Assembly: GCA_017482415.1 (NCBI GenBank)
Contig: JAFUMY010000112.1
Location: 1-48,674, forward strand
Source: Clostridia bacterium
Lineage (GTDB): Bacteria; Bacillota; Clostridia; Christensenellales; Borkfalkiaceae
Length of the DNA: 48,674 bases
Direction of reading: 5' to 3'
Position 1 is the first letter of the stretch. Every line of letters starts with the position of its first letter. Under the pieces are notes generated by a model that saw nothing but the letters and a program-made list of their open reading frames with translations, was not told where the DNA came from and searched no databases. Below, piece after piece: positions 15,016 to 22,938 of this stretch. Position numbers and translations under genes: made by a program.

Positions 15016-16113
15016 ATGTTCAAAGCAGACGATTACAGATTAAAAATACAAGGCATGCGCGAGATTTTGAAAGAGGCGGAATACGCCCTGGATATCGAGC
15101 ATCTTCGTCCCAGACTTGCAGAGCTTGAAAAGGAACAGGAAAACCCTGACGTTTGGCAGGACCTTGAAAAATCGACTAAAATCGGCAGAGAGATTGCAGG
15201 GATTCGCAATAAAATTACGGCATATGAAAAGGGCGCAAACGCGCTTACCGATGCGGAGGACGTTATCGACCTTATCGAGGAGACCGAGGACGAGAGCTTG
15301 ATTGCAGAGCTTGACGAAATGCTGGTAACGGCGGAAAAGGATATCGAAGATATGCGTATCCGCGCGATTTTGAAAGGGCCTTACGACAATCATAACGCCA
15401 TGCTTGCGCTTCATGCAGGCGCAGGCGGTACGGAGGCGTGCGACTGGTGTCAGATGCTTTACCGTATGTATTGCCGTTATTGCGAAAAGAGAGGATTCAA
15501 GGTATATGAACTCGACCGTGAAGCAGGGGACGGCGCAGGCTTTAAGAGTGTGGATTTCCGCGTAGAAGGTGAAAATGCATACGGCTATTTGAAAGCGGAA
15601 ATGGGGGTACACAGACTTGTGCGTATTTCCCCGTTCGACGCAAACAAACGCCGTCAAACCTCCTTCTGTTCGTTGGAGGTTATGCCCGAGGTTGAGGACG
15701 ACAACGAAGTAGAAATCAACGACGACGATATCCGTATCGATATTTACCATTCGGGCGGCGCAGGCGGTCAAAACGTAAACAAGGTTGCCTCTGCCGTGCG
15801 TATCACCCATTTCCCTACGGGGATTGTGGTACAGTGCCAGAACGAGCGTTCGCAGCTTCAAAATAAAGCGATGTGCTTTAACATGCTTCGTTCAAAGCTT
15901 CTTGAAAAGAAGATTGAACAGCGCCAAGCAGAAGCGGCGGCGATGAAGGGCGACGTGAAGAAAATCGAGTGGGGTGCACAGATTCGTTCCTACGTATTCT
16001 GTCCGTATACGCTCGCAAAAGACCACCGCACGGGCTTCGAAAAAGGGGACATTCAGGCGGTTATGGACGGGGATATTCACGGCTTCGTCATCGATTATCT
16101 GAAAAAATCCTAA
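15016..16113 (+). CDS. prfB: Peptide chain release factor 2 (365 aa), encoded in one uninterrupted frame
   Basis: SPF tripeptide (RISPFD) and GGQ (SGGAGGQNVNKV). Located directly downstream of secA, as in many Bacillota. Confidence 0.95.
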   Translation: MFKADDYRLKIQGMREILKEAEYALDIEHLRPRLAELEKEQENPDVWQDLEKSTKIGREIAGIRNKITAYEKGANALTDAEDVIDLIEETEDESLIAELDEMLVTAEKDIEDMRIRAILKGPYDNHNAMLALHAGAGGTEACDWCQMLYRMYCRYCEKRGFKVYELDREAGDGAGFKSVDFRVEGENAYGYLKAEMGVHRLVRISPFDANKRRQTSFCSLEVMPEVEDDNEVEINDDDIRIDIYHSGGAGGQNVNKVASAVRITHFPTGIVVQCQNERSQLQNKAMCFNMLRSKLLEKKIEQRQAEAAAMKGDVKKIEWGAQIRSYVFCPYTLAKDHRTGFEKGDIQAVMDGDIHGFVIDYLKKS

Positions 16114-16119
16114 TAAGGT

Positions 16120-16145
16120 ACGGCGGCATTTGCCGCCGTTTTTTG
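16120..16145 (+). terminator. Intrinsic terminator-like hairpin after prfB
   Basis: acggcggca-tt-tgccgccgt followed by ttttt. It ends 8 nt before the tsaD ATG. Confidence 0.65.
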
Positions 16146-16152
16146 AAAAGGT

Positions 16153-17244
16153 ATGTATTATTCACTTGATAAAATAGAGCTTCATAAAGCGGAACCGATT
16201 ATTTTAGGAATCGAGTCCTCTTGCGATGAAACGGCTGCGGCGGTCATCAAGGGCAGAAGGATTCTGTCTGACGAGATTGCGTCCTCGGCAAAGGTGCAGG
16301 CGCAATTTGGCGGCGTAGTACCCGAAATCGCTTCGCGCGCGCATACGGACGCGGTGGCGGAGGTCGTTGAACGCGCCGTGAAAAACGCAGGGATTACCTA
16401 TGAAGATATAGACGCGGTGGCGGTTACCTACGGCGCAGGGCTGTTGGGCGCACTGCTTGTAGGCGTGTCCTTTGCAAAAGCCTTTGCATACGCATTGAAA
16501 AAACCGCTGATTGCAGTCAATCATATCCGTGGACATCTTGCTGCGGCGTACTTGGACGAGCCGAGCTTAGAAGCTCCATTTGTCACTCTGCTCGCAAGCG
16601 GCGGTCACACGGCGATTTTGTACGCAAAATCGGATGCGGAATTCGAGATTCTCGGCGCGACGCTTGACGATGCGGCAGGCGAAGCCTTCGATAAAGTGGC
16701 AAGGGTATTAGGGTTATCCTATCCCGGCGGCCCGAATATCGAGCGTGAGGCAAATAGCGGTACTGCGAATATTCCCATGCCCAAAATGCTCAAAGGCGGC
16801 GGTGGATACAATTTCTCATACAGCGGTTTAAAGACGGCCGTCATCAATTACTGTCACACGAAAGAGCAGAAAAACGAGCCGTATTCCAAGGCAGACGTGG
16901 CGGCTTCATTCCAAGCCGCAGCGGTGGACGTGCTCGTAGAAAAGACGGTGCAGGCGGCAAAAGAAAAAGGCGTGCGCGTAGTTACGGCAGGCGGCGGTGT
17001 TGCGGCAAACGGGTATTTGAGAAGCTCGCTTGCAAAGGCTTGCGAAGAAAACGGCTTAAGGCTTGTTCTGCCCGAAAAGAGATATTGCACAGACAATGCG
17101 GCGATGATTGCTTCGGAGGGGTTGGTTCAGTACCGACTGGGGAACTTTGCCGAAATGGATTTGACGGCGAAGGCTTCCATTCCTTTGGCGGCAACCTTGG
17201 AAACGGTACAAAGCCGCGCCGCAAAAAAAGCGGAGCAGAGGTAA
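16153..17244 (+). CDS. tsaD: tRNA N6-adenosine threonylcarbamoyltransferase TsaD (Kae1/Gcp family)
   Basis: ILGIESSCDETAAAV N-terminal motif, metal-binding NHIRGHL (H-x3-H), SGGHT, and the GGV.AN motif near the C-terminus. Confidence 0.93.
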   Translation: MYYSLDKIELHKAEPIILGIESSCDETAAAVIKGRRILSDEIASSAKVQAQFGGVVPEIASRAHTDAVAEVVERAVKNAGITYEDIDAVAVTYGAGLLGALLVGVSFAKAFAYALKKPLIAVNHIRGHLAAAYLDEPSLEAPFVTLLASGGHTAILYAKSDAEFEILGATLDDAAGEAFDKVARVLGLSYPGGPNIEREANSGTANIPMPKMLKGGGGYNFSYSGLKTAVINYCHTKEQKNEPYSKADVAASFQAAAVDVLVEKTVQAAKEKGVRVVTAGGGVAANGYLRSSLAKACEENGLRLVLPEKRYCTDNAAMIASEGLVQYRLGNFAEMDLTAKASIPLAATLETVQSRAAKKAEQR

Positions 17245-17250
17245 TTAGAG

Positions 17251-18195
17251 ATGTGGGAGCATATACTTGAATTTCTGCTGCACGCATTAAAGGATACGTG
17301 GCCGCTATTGCCTTGGATTTTGCTAATTTACGTATTGATTGAATTGTTGGAAAGTAAGACCGACCTTCGTAAAATCAATCGTTTTGGCGAAAGCTTAGGG
17401 CCCTTGGTTGGTTCGGCAACGGGTTTGATTCCACAGTGCGGATTCTCCGTTATGGCGGCGAAATTATTTGAGCAGAAGTATATTACAATCGGTACTCTGC
17501 TTGCGATTTTTATGGCGACGAGCGATGAGGCGTTTATCATTATGCTTTCCTCGGGCGAGGGAGCGAAATGGGTATTGCCCATGCTCGCGGTAAAGATTCT
17601 CGTAGGCGTTGTGGTAGGGTATGCCACGGACGGGATAATGCGGCTCGTAGGACGTAGGCAGGTATGCGCCGTCATGCCGTTGGAGACGGACGGAGCGCCC
17701 ACTACGGTGCATGAGATATTCATTCGACGTTATGAGGAGGAAAAGGACGTTGAGGTGAATTGCTCCTGCGGACGTTCGCACGGCGGTGATTCCGCATGGA
17801 AGAATTATCTGCTCTATCCAATCATTCACACGTTGAAGGTTGCGGTATTTATTTTCCTTGTAAACTTTGCGCTGACGGCGATTATACATTCGGTCGGCGA
17901 GAGCGTGTTTGAAGCGTTTATGCACAGAAATCGATTTTTACAGCCCTTCATTACCTGTGCAATCGGACTGATTCCCAACTGCGCGTCGAGCGTGGTGATT
18001 ACAGAGACCTTTTTAAGTCAAGGAATCACCTTTGGGTCTTGTGCGGCAGGGCTTTGCGCTAACGCAGGTATGGGGTTTGTAGTGCTCCTCAAAAACGTGC
18101 GGAAATGGAAGCGGAACTTGACGCTTATCGGGGTTTGTTATTGCATTTCGCTCGCAATCGGGCTGTTGTTAAATATCTTGCCGATTATGGCGTGA
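17251..18195 (+). CDS. Polytopic membrane protein with an internal two-fold repeat; possibly the ArsP_2/DUF2899-like putative 10-TM metal exporter family
   Basis: Multiple hydrophobic segments. Paired motifs GLIPQCGFSV (N-terminal half) and GLIPNCASSV (C-terminal half). A loop with HG and C-x-C (NCSCGRSHGGD). The family assignment is from memory of these motifs only. Confidence 0.75.
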   Translation: MWEHILEFLLHALKDTWPLLPWILLIYVLIELLESKTDLRKINRFGESLGPLVGSATGLIPQCGFSVMAAKLFEQKYITIGTLLAIFMATSDEAFIIMLSSGEGAKWVLPMLAVKILVGVVVGYATDGIMRLVGRRQVCAVMPLETDGAPTTVHEIFIRRYEEEKDVEVNCSCGRSHGGDSAWKNYLLYPIIHTLKVAVFIFLVNFALTAIIHSVGESVFEAFMHRNRFLQPFITCAIGLIPNCASSVVITETFLSQGITFGSCAAGLCANAGMGFVVLLKNVRKWKRNLTLIGVCYCISLAIGLLLNILPIMA

Positions 18196-18278
18196 GAAAA
18201 ATATTTCGAAATCCGTTTAAAAGGAGACGGATTTGCGGTATAAAAAAATAAGAAGGATTTTGAATTCGGAGGTATAGC

Positions 18279-18587
18279 ATGGAAGAAGTAACGTTGCTTG
18301 AAAAGAGTGAAAACGGCTTAAAAATTGCATTGTCGGGAGATATTGTTCTTGGGAATGCAGAGCGTTTTTATGAAGCGGTAATGGACGAATACCGCGCTGT
18401 TTCCAGAGATATTATATTTGATTGCGAGAAATTAAATTTCATCGACAGCACGACGCTGGGTACGTTTGTGAAAATTTTAAAGACGGTAAAGCAGAACGGG
18501 CATACGATGAAGCTTATCAATTTGCAGTCGAAGATTAAAAAGCTGTTTTTGATCTGCTCGCTTGATTCGATTATGGAGATTGCCTAA
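18279..18587 (+). CDS. STAS-domain anti-sigma-factor antagonist (SpoIIAA/RsbV-like), 102 aa
   Basis: Size and pattern fit: ...DCEKLNFIDSTTLGTFVKILK..., where the DS(T/S) site is the usual phospho-acceptor position. GGAGG ribosome-binding site. First gene of the sigma cluster. Confidence 0.8.
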   Translation: MEEVTLLEKSENGLKIALSGDIVLGNAERFYEAVMDEYRAVSRDIIFDCEKLNFIDSTTLGTFVKILKTVKQNGHTMKLINLQSKIKKLFLICSLDSIMEIA

Positions 18588-18588
18588 T

Positions 18589-18945
18589 ATGGATAAATTT
18601 TCGGTACAATTGCCTGTAACGGGCGAATATTTAACGACGGTGCGTTTGACGACGGGTGGGCTTTGTTCCCTCGTCGGTTTTGACGTGGATCTTGCCGAGG
18701 ATTATAAGGTATGCGTAACGGAAAGCTTATTGATTTTGAAACGCAACGGATACGCTACGGCAGCGATTGAATTTACCGTTGGGGAAGCACTTGCTTGCCG
18801 CGTGGTCGGCACGGGTGCTTGCGGCGAAAGGATAGAAGGCTTTGAGGATGAGATTTCGCGCGCGTTGCTTTCGGCACTGCTTGGCGAGGTCAAGTTCGTA
18901 ACGGACGAAAACGGTCGGGTAACGGAAATCGGATTTGAAGGCTAA
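18589..18945 (+). CDS. RsbW/SpoIIAB-like protein (118 aa) lacking the ATP-binding N-box Asn; probably a non-catalytic anti-sigma-like protein
   Basis: QLPVTGEYLTTVRLTTGGLCSLVGFDVDLAEDYKVCVTESLLIL aligns by eye with the RsbW N-terminus (vP..eYv..iRLT.sGv....G...d.ieDlK.aVsEa.tN). The position E+4 is Ile instead of Asn, and no G1/G2 boxes follow. I chose ATG 18589, 10 nt after GGAGA, over the TTG at 18562 in the track. Confidence 0.55.
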   Translation: MDKFSVQLPVTGEYLTTVRLTTGGLCSLVGFDVDLAEDYKVCVTESLLILKRNGYATAAIEFTVGEALACRVVGTGACGERIEGFEDEISRALLSALLGEVKFVTDENGRVTEIGFEG

Positions 18946-18947
18946 AA

Positions 18948-19682
18948 ATGGCAGACGAAAGAACAAACGAGCTGTTTCAGCGCTACAAAGAGAGCGGCGA
19001 TATTCGTATTCGTAACGAAATCGCTGAGAAATATCTCTACATAGCCGATATCCTTGCTAAAAAATTTGTAGGGCGAGGAGTGGAGTACGACGATTTAAAG
19101 CAAGTAGCGTCGTACGCGCTTTTGCGTGGAATCGACCGGTTCGATCCTGCTTTGGGAATGCAGTTCACGACCTTTATCACGCCGACGATTACGGGGGAAA
19201 TCAAGAATTATTTCCGTGATAAATCGCGTATGATTAAGCTGCCGAGACGGCTTGGTGAAAATGCTGCGCAGATTCGTGCCTTTTCTTTGGATTACGAGGC
19301 GAAAAACGGAGTAAAACCGAGCGTTAGGGTAATCGCCGAGGCGTTGGCTATATCGGAAGAAGACGTTGTACGGGCGCTGGAAATCGGCGGAACAGTGTCG
19401 CTCGACGGAATGGCAAGCGGCGGTGAAGAAGAGGACCGAACTCTTTATGCTCTGCTTTCGGACGGCGAGGATAAGTACGAGGATTTTGAAATGAAGGAAA
19501 CTCTGCGTGCGGCGATGAAGGATTTTTCGGATACTGAGCGCGCGCTTATCAAGTTCCGTTACGTTGACGAGCTGTCGCAAAGTGAAACGGCGAAGCGGTT
19601 GGGGGTTTCTCAAATGTTCGTTTCGAGAATGGAACGGAAGCTGCTTTTAAGATTGAAAGACAATCTAAAAGACTCTATATAA
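18948..19682 (+). CDS. Sigma-70 family sigma factor, SigB/SigF/SigG subgroup (244 aa)
   Basis: Region 2 (DLKQVASYALLRGIDRFDP..G.QFTTFITPTITGEIKNYFRD), region 3, and a region 4 HTH (LSQSETAKRLGVSQMFVSRMERK). Flanked by STAS and RsbW-like genes. Confidence 0.9.
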   Translation: MADERTNELFQRYKESGDIRIRNEIAEKYLYIADILAKKFVGRGVEYDDLKQVASYALLRGIDRFDPALGMQFTTFITPTITGEIKNYFRDKSRMIKLPRRLGENAAQIRAFSLDYEAKNGVKPSVRVIAEALAISEEDVVRALEIGGTVSLDGMASGGEEEDRTLYALLSDGEDKYEDFEMKETLRAAMKDFSDTERALIKFRYVDELSQSETAKRLGVSQMFVSRMERKLLLRLKDNLKDSI

Positions 19683-19693
19683 GGAGGGTGAAG

Positions 19694-20053
19694 ATGTTTT
19701 TCAGGATTAAGGATTATGAGGGTTTGGACTACGCTTTGGAGGCGCTTAGCGGTTTCTTGGAAGAAAGGTCGGTCGCACCCGAGCGGATATTTGACAGTAA
19801 GCTTGTGGCGTGCGAGTTGGTCGGAAACGTTTTGAAGCATGCGGAAAGCGTTGCCGAGCTGCACGGCGAAATCAAGGAAGGCTTTATCGAGTTAAAAATC
19901 TTGTCGGATAAGGCATTCGTGTTACCCCAAGAAATTTTCTGTTCGGACGTATATTCCGAACACGGCAGGGGCTTGTTTTTGGTGAAGCAGCTGTGCAAAG
20001 AACGAGTTTTTTCAGAGCAAGGCGGCATTCGTGTGTTGATTGAATTATTATAA
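19694..20053 (+). CDS. Compact RsbW/SpoIIAB-like anti-sigma factor serine kinase (119 aa)
   Basis: N-box ELVGNVLKHA (E+4 is Asn) and a G-box-like EHGRGLFLVKQL. ATG 19694 lies 6 nt after AAGGAGG (19681-19687). The GTG at 19688 used in the track abuts the ribosome-binding site. Confidence 0.65.
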   Translation: MFFRIKDYEGLDYALEALSGFLEERSVAPERIFDSKLVACELVGNVLKHAESVAELHGEIKEGFIELKILSDKAFVLPQEIFCSDVYSEHGRGLFLVKQLCKERVFSEQGGIRVLIELL

Positions 20054-20066
20054 CGCATACGATAAA

Positions 20067-20100
20067 AAAGCGGTGAAAAGTAGATACTTTTCACCGCTTT
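20067..20100 (+). terminator. Intrinsic terminator ending the sigma operon
   Basis: aaagcggtgaaaagta-ga-tacttttcaccgcttt. Long perfect stem, A-tract before it and T-run after it. Confidence 0.75.
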
Positions 20101-20123
20101 CAAATTTTCATTTGTATATAAAG

Positions 20124-20152
20124 AACCCCCGATGCTTAATGCATCGGGGGTT
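20124..20152 (-). terminator. Intrinsic terminator of the convergent membrane-protein gene
   Basis: aacccccgatgc-ttaat-gcatcgggggtt. On the minus strand the stem is followed by ctttatata. Confidence 0.7.
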
Positions 20153-20180
20153 TGCATTTCAAGAGAGTTCGTCTGAAAGC

Positions 20181-21482
20181 TTAGAACATCTGTTTCGTGG
20201 AGTACTGGTAAATTTTACCGAGAAGACCGCTAGGGATTCTATCTCTGTACTGACCGAGGTAGATGAACAACTTACGGAAGAATTCTTCGTTATCGCCGCC
20301 TACAACGTAGTCGGGGATTTCGGGCATAACGCCTTTCCATCTAAGGATGAAAAGTTCGGTAAATTCTCTTCTTTCCTGACCGTCAAGCATAGCGATGAAC
20401 GGGTCAAAGCTCTTGCAGTTGAAGAAGTCGTAACCAGCGGTTTCTGCTTTCTTGGGAAGCTTATCGATAGAGAGCTCGGAAGGGTTAACTTCTTTTGCCA
20501 TAACGATACCGGCGATAGGGCCGCCTTCATATGCGTATGCTTCTGCATATTCTTCTACGCGGAAGGTCTTATGTACGCTCTCTTCTTTTTCTTTCAAAGC
20601 TTTCTTTTGTGCATTCTTAAGCTGTAAGTTTACAATGATGATTTGAATCAAGGCAACGAGCGCAGCTGCAATCGAGAAGATGTGGTAGGAAGCGCTGTCG
20701 AGCTTGCAGATGATGAACACTACGCAGCAGCAAATTGCAAAGAACATCGAAATGATGTAGCGCGCAACGGAACCGCGAACGCCTTTCGCATTCATAATAC
20801 GTAAGAAACCAAACAAGAGGTTGAGTGCTGCCCAAGCTACGATAACGAGCATGAGTATCTTGCAAAGAAGGCTGTCAGCCAATGCTGCGGATACCGCGTC
20901 GCTTTCGTGCGTCATTGCCAACATGATGGCTACGATATAAACAACGCAGAGGAGGAATTGAAGCACTTCAATCCAAACGGATTTACCGTTTTTAACAAGC
21001 GCAAGAATCAAGTAGAACAAGAATGCTACCAAAGCAAGTGCCAAGGAAATAATATCAAAGGCAACTTCAAGAATTGCGCAATAAGAAGTAATCGCAATAA
21101 TTGACAGGCCGTATGCAAGGAATCCCCAGAACATGAAGAAGCAGATTGCACGTGCAAGACCAGGTGCCTTTTTGCCCGAGAAAATAGCGATTAAACCTAA
21201 AATTACAGTTAAAAGAACAACCGCAACGATCGCGTAGAGGGAAATACCGGCTACAAGACCGAGTAAAGAGCTTTCTGTCAAGAAAGGACTAAAATCCGAT
21301 TTAAACGCTTTAAGAACAGCGTCGAGGATGCTCATTTCTTCTACTGCGAAAAAGCCGCAAACGCCACCGGTCAATACCTTAACGGGGAGCAACAAAGCGA
21401 CTACGCTAAGAACGATGAAAAGTGCCGCAAGAAGACGGTAGCCAACGTTCTTTTTCTGTTTTTGGGTGTTGGTGTTACTCAT
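20181..21482 (-). CDS. Hypothetical membrane protein (433 aa): N-terminal polytopic region plus a soluble C-terminal domain of about 130 aa
   Basis: About 8-9 hydrophobic segments, then a KK/E-rich linker and the domain ...GYDFFNCKSFDPFIAMLDGQERREFTELFILRWKG.... The start was chosen at the ATG (mirror 27193) after AGGAGA, instead of the TTG 19 codons upstream. No family recognised. Confidence 0.75.
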   Translation of the reverse strand: MSNTNTQKQKKNVGYRLLAALFIVLSVVALLLPVKVLTGGVCGFFAVEEMSILDAVLKAFKSDFSPFLTESSLLGLVAGISLYAIVAVVLLTVILGLIAIFSGKKAPGLARAICFFMFWGFLAYGLSIIAITSYCAILEVAFDIISLALALVAFLFYLILALVKNGKSVWIEVLQFLLCVVYIVAIMLAMTHESDAVSAALADSLLCKILMLVIVAWAALNLLFGFLRIMNAKGVRGSVARYIISMFFAICCCVVFIICKLDSASYHIFSIAAALVALIQIIIVNLQLKNAQKKALKEKEESVHKTFRVEEYAEAYAYEGGPIAGIVMAKEVNPSELSIDKLPKKAETAGYDFFNCKSFDPFIAMLDGQERREFTELFILRWKGVMPEIPDYVVGGDNEEFFRKLFIYLGQYRDRIPSGLLGKIYQYSTKQMF

Positions 21483-21569
21483 AACAATTCTCCTGAAAAT
21501 ATTTTTGAATTTCCTTCTCTCCAGACTATGTATAGACAAAGCTATCGATAAAATGATTCATTTTACAGT

Positions 21570-21598
21570 ATTATAACACTTTTAAAAGAGGATGTCAA
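21570..21598 (-). promoter_or_regulatory. Consensus promoter of the membrane-protein gene (TTGACA, 17 nt, TGtTATAAT)
   Basis: On the mirror + strand: TTGACA at 27077-27082, 17-nt spacer, TGtTATAAT at 27097-27105. Confidence 0.6.
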
Positions 21599-21741
21599 TA
21601 CTTCAAGATGAATAATTTAAATATTTTCCGAGAAAATCTCAATTTTTTTATTATTTTCCCTTTAGGGAATTATATAGACCGCGCTTTTTTATAGCTACAC
21701 ATTAAGACTGTAAACGAATCGTAAAAAATACTCGAAAACCC

Positions 21742-21770
21742 TTGAAATTTTTTTCATTTTGCGGTATAAT
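21742..21770 (+). promoter_or_regulatory. Promoter of the PucR-family regulator gene (TTGAAA, 17 nt, TATAAT)
   Basis: TTGAAA at 21742-21747, 17-nt spacer, TATAAT at 21765-21770. This promoter overlaps the first codons of the track ORF start (TTG 21759), which argues for the downstream ATG at 21837. Confidence 0.55.
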
Positions 21771-21836
21771 AAAATGGTTAGAGAATCAACGAGGAAACGA
21801 AGTGATATAAACTGCATTCGTTTCAAGGGGAAAAGT

Positions 21837-22850
21837 ATGGCCGAACTCGAAAAAATTACACAAGAGCTCATGCAAAAAATGGGGATTTGCATGCGATATT
21901 ACGTCGAAAACACGCATCCAAAGGATATACCTGTTTGCGACCGCGCCTTTGAAGGATACACGGACGACGGTCAGTATACCTATTTCCGCTTTCTGTATAA
22001 AAACGTAGGGTATATCGGTGTCCTTGACGGGGCAGGGGAAACGCAGAAAAACTATGCGGTGTTATTGCCCTCGTTTATCGAGAGTTTTTCTGAAAAGGAA
22101 ACCGAGCTTTCAAAAACGGAATTTCTAAAGCGGATTCTGCTCGGGGAATGCTCCTCGATGAGTATATATAAATATATGACGAAATATTCCCTGAAAGGTG
22201 CGCCGTGTTTTGCGATTGCGCTGCGTATTCCCAAGCTCATGAAAGAGACCCTTTCCGTACTCGAACAGTATGGCGGAAACAGCTTGGATACCGCCGTGCA
22301 AATGAATGAGGACACCTGCGTGCTTGTAAAATTTGCGGAAGAGGGGAGCGAGTACCGTTCCTCCGTTGATTATGCGGAGTTTTTGGTACAGTCGTTAAAG
22401 GAAGAGCTCGGCTTGGACGCATGTGCAGGGGTTGGGCAGACGGTAAGAGAGCTGAAAGATATCGGATTATCCTATACGGGCGCAGAAAATACCTTGCGCT
22501 ATGCGGACGTGTTCGAATTGCAGGGCAACGTGCATTCATATAGAGAATTCCTTTTGGCGAAGTTGCTTGAGGATATTCCCGAAAGCAAGCTTGCGGAATA
22601 TCTGTCCGAAATGTCGGAAACGAGCTTTAAAGAGGTGTTCGAGGACGAGGAAATGCTGTGTACGGCGGAAACCTTTTTGCAGTGTAGCTTAAACGTCAGC
22701 GAAACGTCGAGAAATCTGTATATGCACCGCAATACCCTTTTGTATCGTTTGGATAAAATTGAAAAGGCGACGGGCTTGAATATTCGTTCCTTCTCGGATG
22801 CGGTTTCCTTCCGAGTTTTGACGATTTTACACCGCCTAATCAAAAAATAA
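21837..22850 (+). CDS. PucR/CdaR-family transcriptional regulator (337 aa)
   Basis: C-terminal PucR-type HTH: LNVSETSRNLYMHRNTLLYRLDKIEKATGLNIRSFSDAVSFRV. ATG 21837 lies 5 nt after AAGGGGAA. Confidence 0.8.
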   Translation: MAELEKITQELMQKMGICMRYYVENTHPKDIPVCDRAFEGYTDDGQYTYFRFLYKNVGYIGVLDGAGETQKNYAVLLPSFIESFSEKETELSKTEFLKRILLGECSSMSIYKYMTKYSLKGAPCFAIALRIPKLMKETLSVLEQYGGNSLDTAVQMNEDTCVLVKFAEEGSEYRSSVDYAEFLVQSLKEELGLDACAGVGQTVRELKDIGLSYTGAENTLRYADVFELQGNVHSYREFLLAKLLEDIPESKLAEYLSEMSETSFKEVFEDEEMLCTAETFLQCSLNVSETSRNLYMHRNTLLYRLDKIEKATGLNIRSFSDAVSFRVLTILHRLIKK

Positions 22851-22938
22851 AATACGATGAAATACCCGTTGAGATGCTATATTTTTACGTCTGAACGGGT
22901 ACAATTATATCATGGACTTAAATAAGGAAGGAGCCGAA

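Noticed and set aside
15016-15120. Programmed +1 frameshift site in prfB
   Set aside because: I looked for an in-frame TGA with an upstream Shine-Dalgarno-like element around codons 20-30. The ORF is continuous from the ATG at 15016.
20040-20627. 195-aa plus-strand ORF overlapping the 3' part of the membrane-protein gene (also 5141..5572 antisense to asnA)
   Set aside because: It begins inside the terminator region of the sigma operon and has no ribosome-binding site. It runs antisense to a CDS that has a coherent transmembrane topology and its own promoter, ribosome-binding site and terminator.
21759-21836. Upstream-extended start codons used by the ORF track (TTG 21759, TTG 18562, GTG 19688, GTG 42411 / mirror 6264, TTG 27136 / mirror 21539, ATG 22912)
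   Set aside because: In each case a downstream ATG has a properly spaced GGAG-type ribosome-binding site. The extended start either overlaps a promoter, abuts the ribosome-binding site or overlaps the preceding gene. The shorter coordinates are reported, with modest uncertainty.
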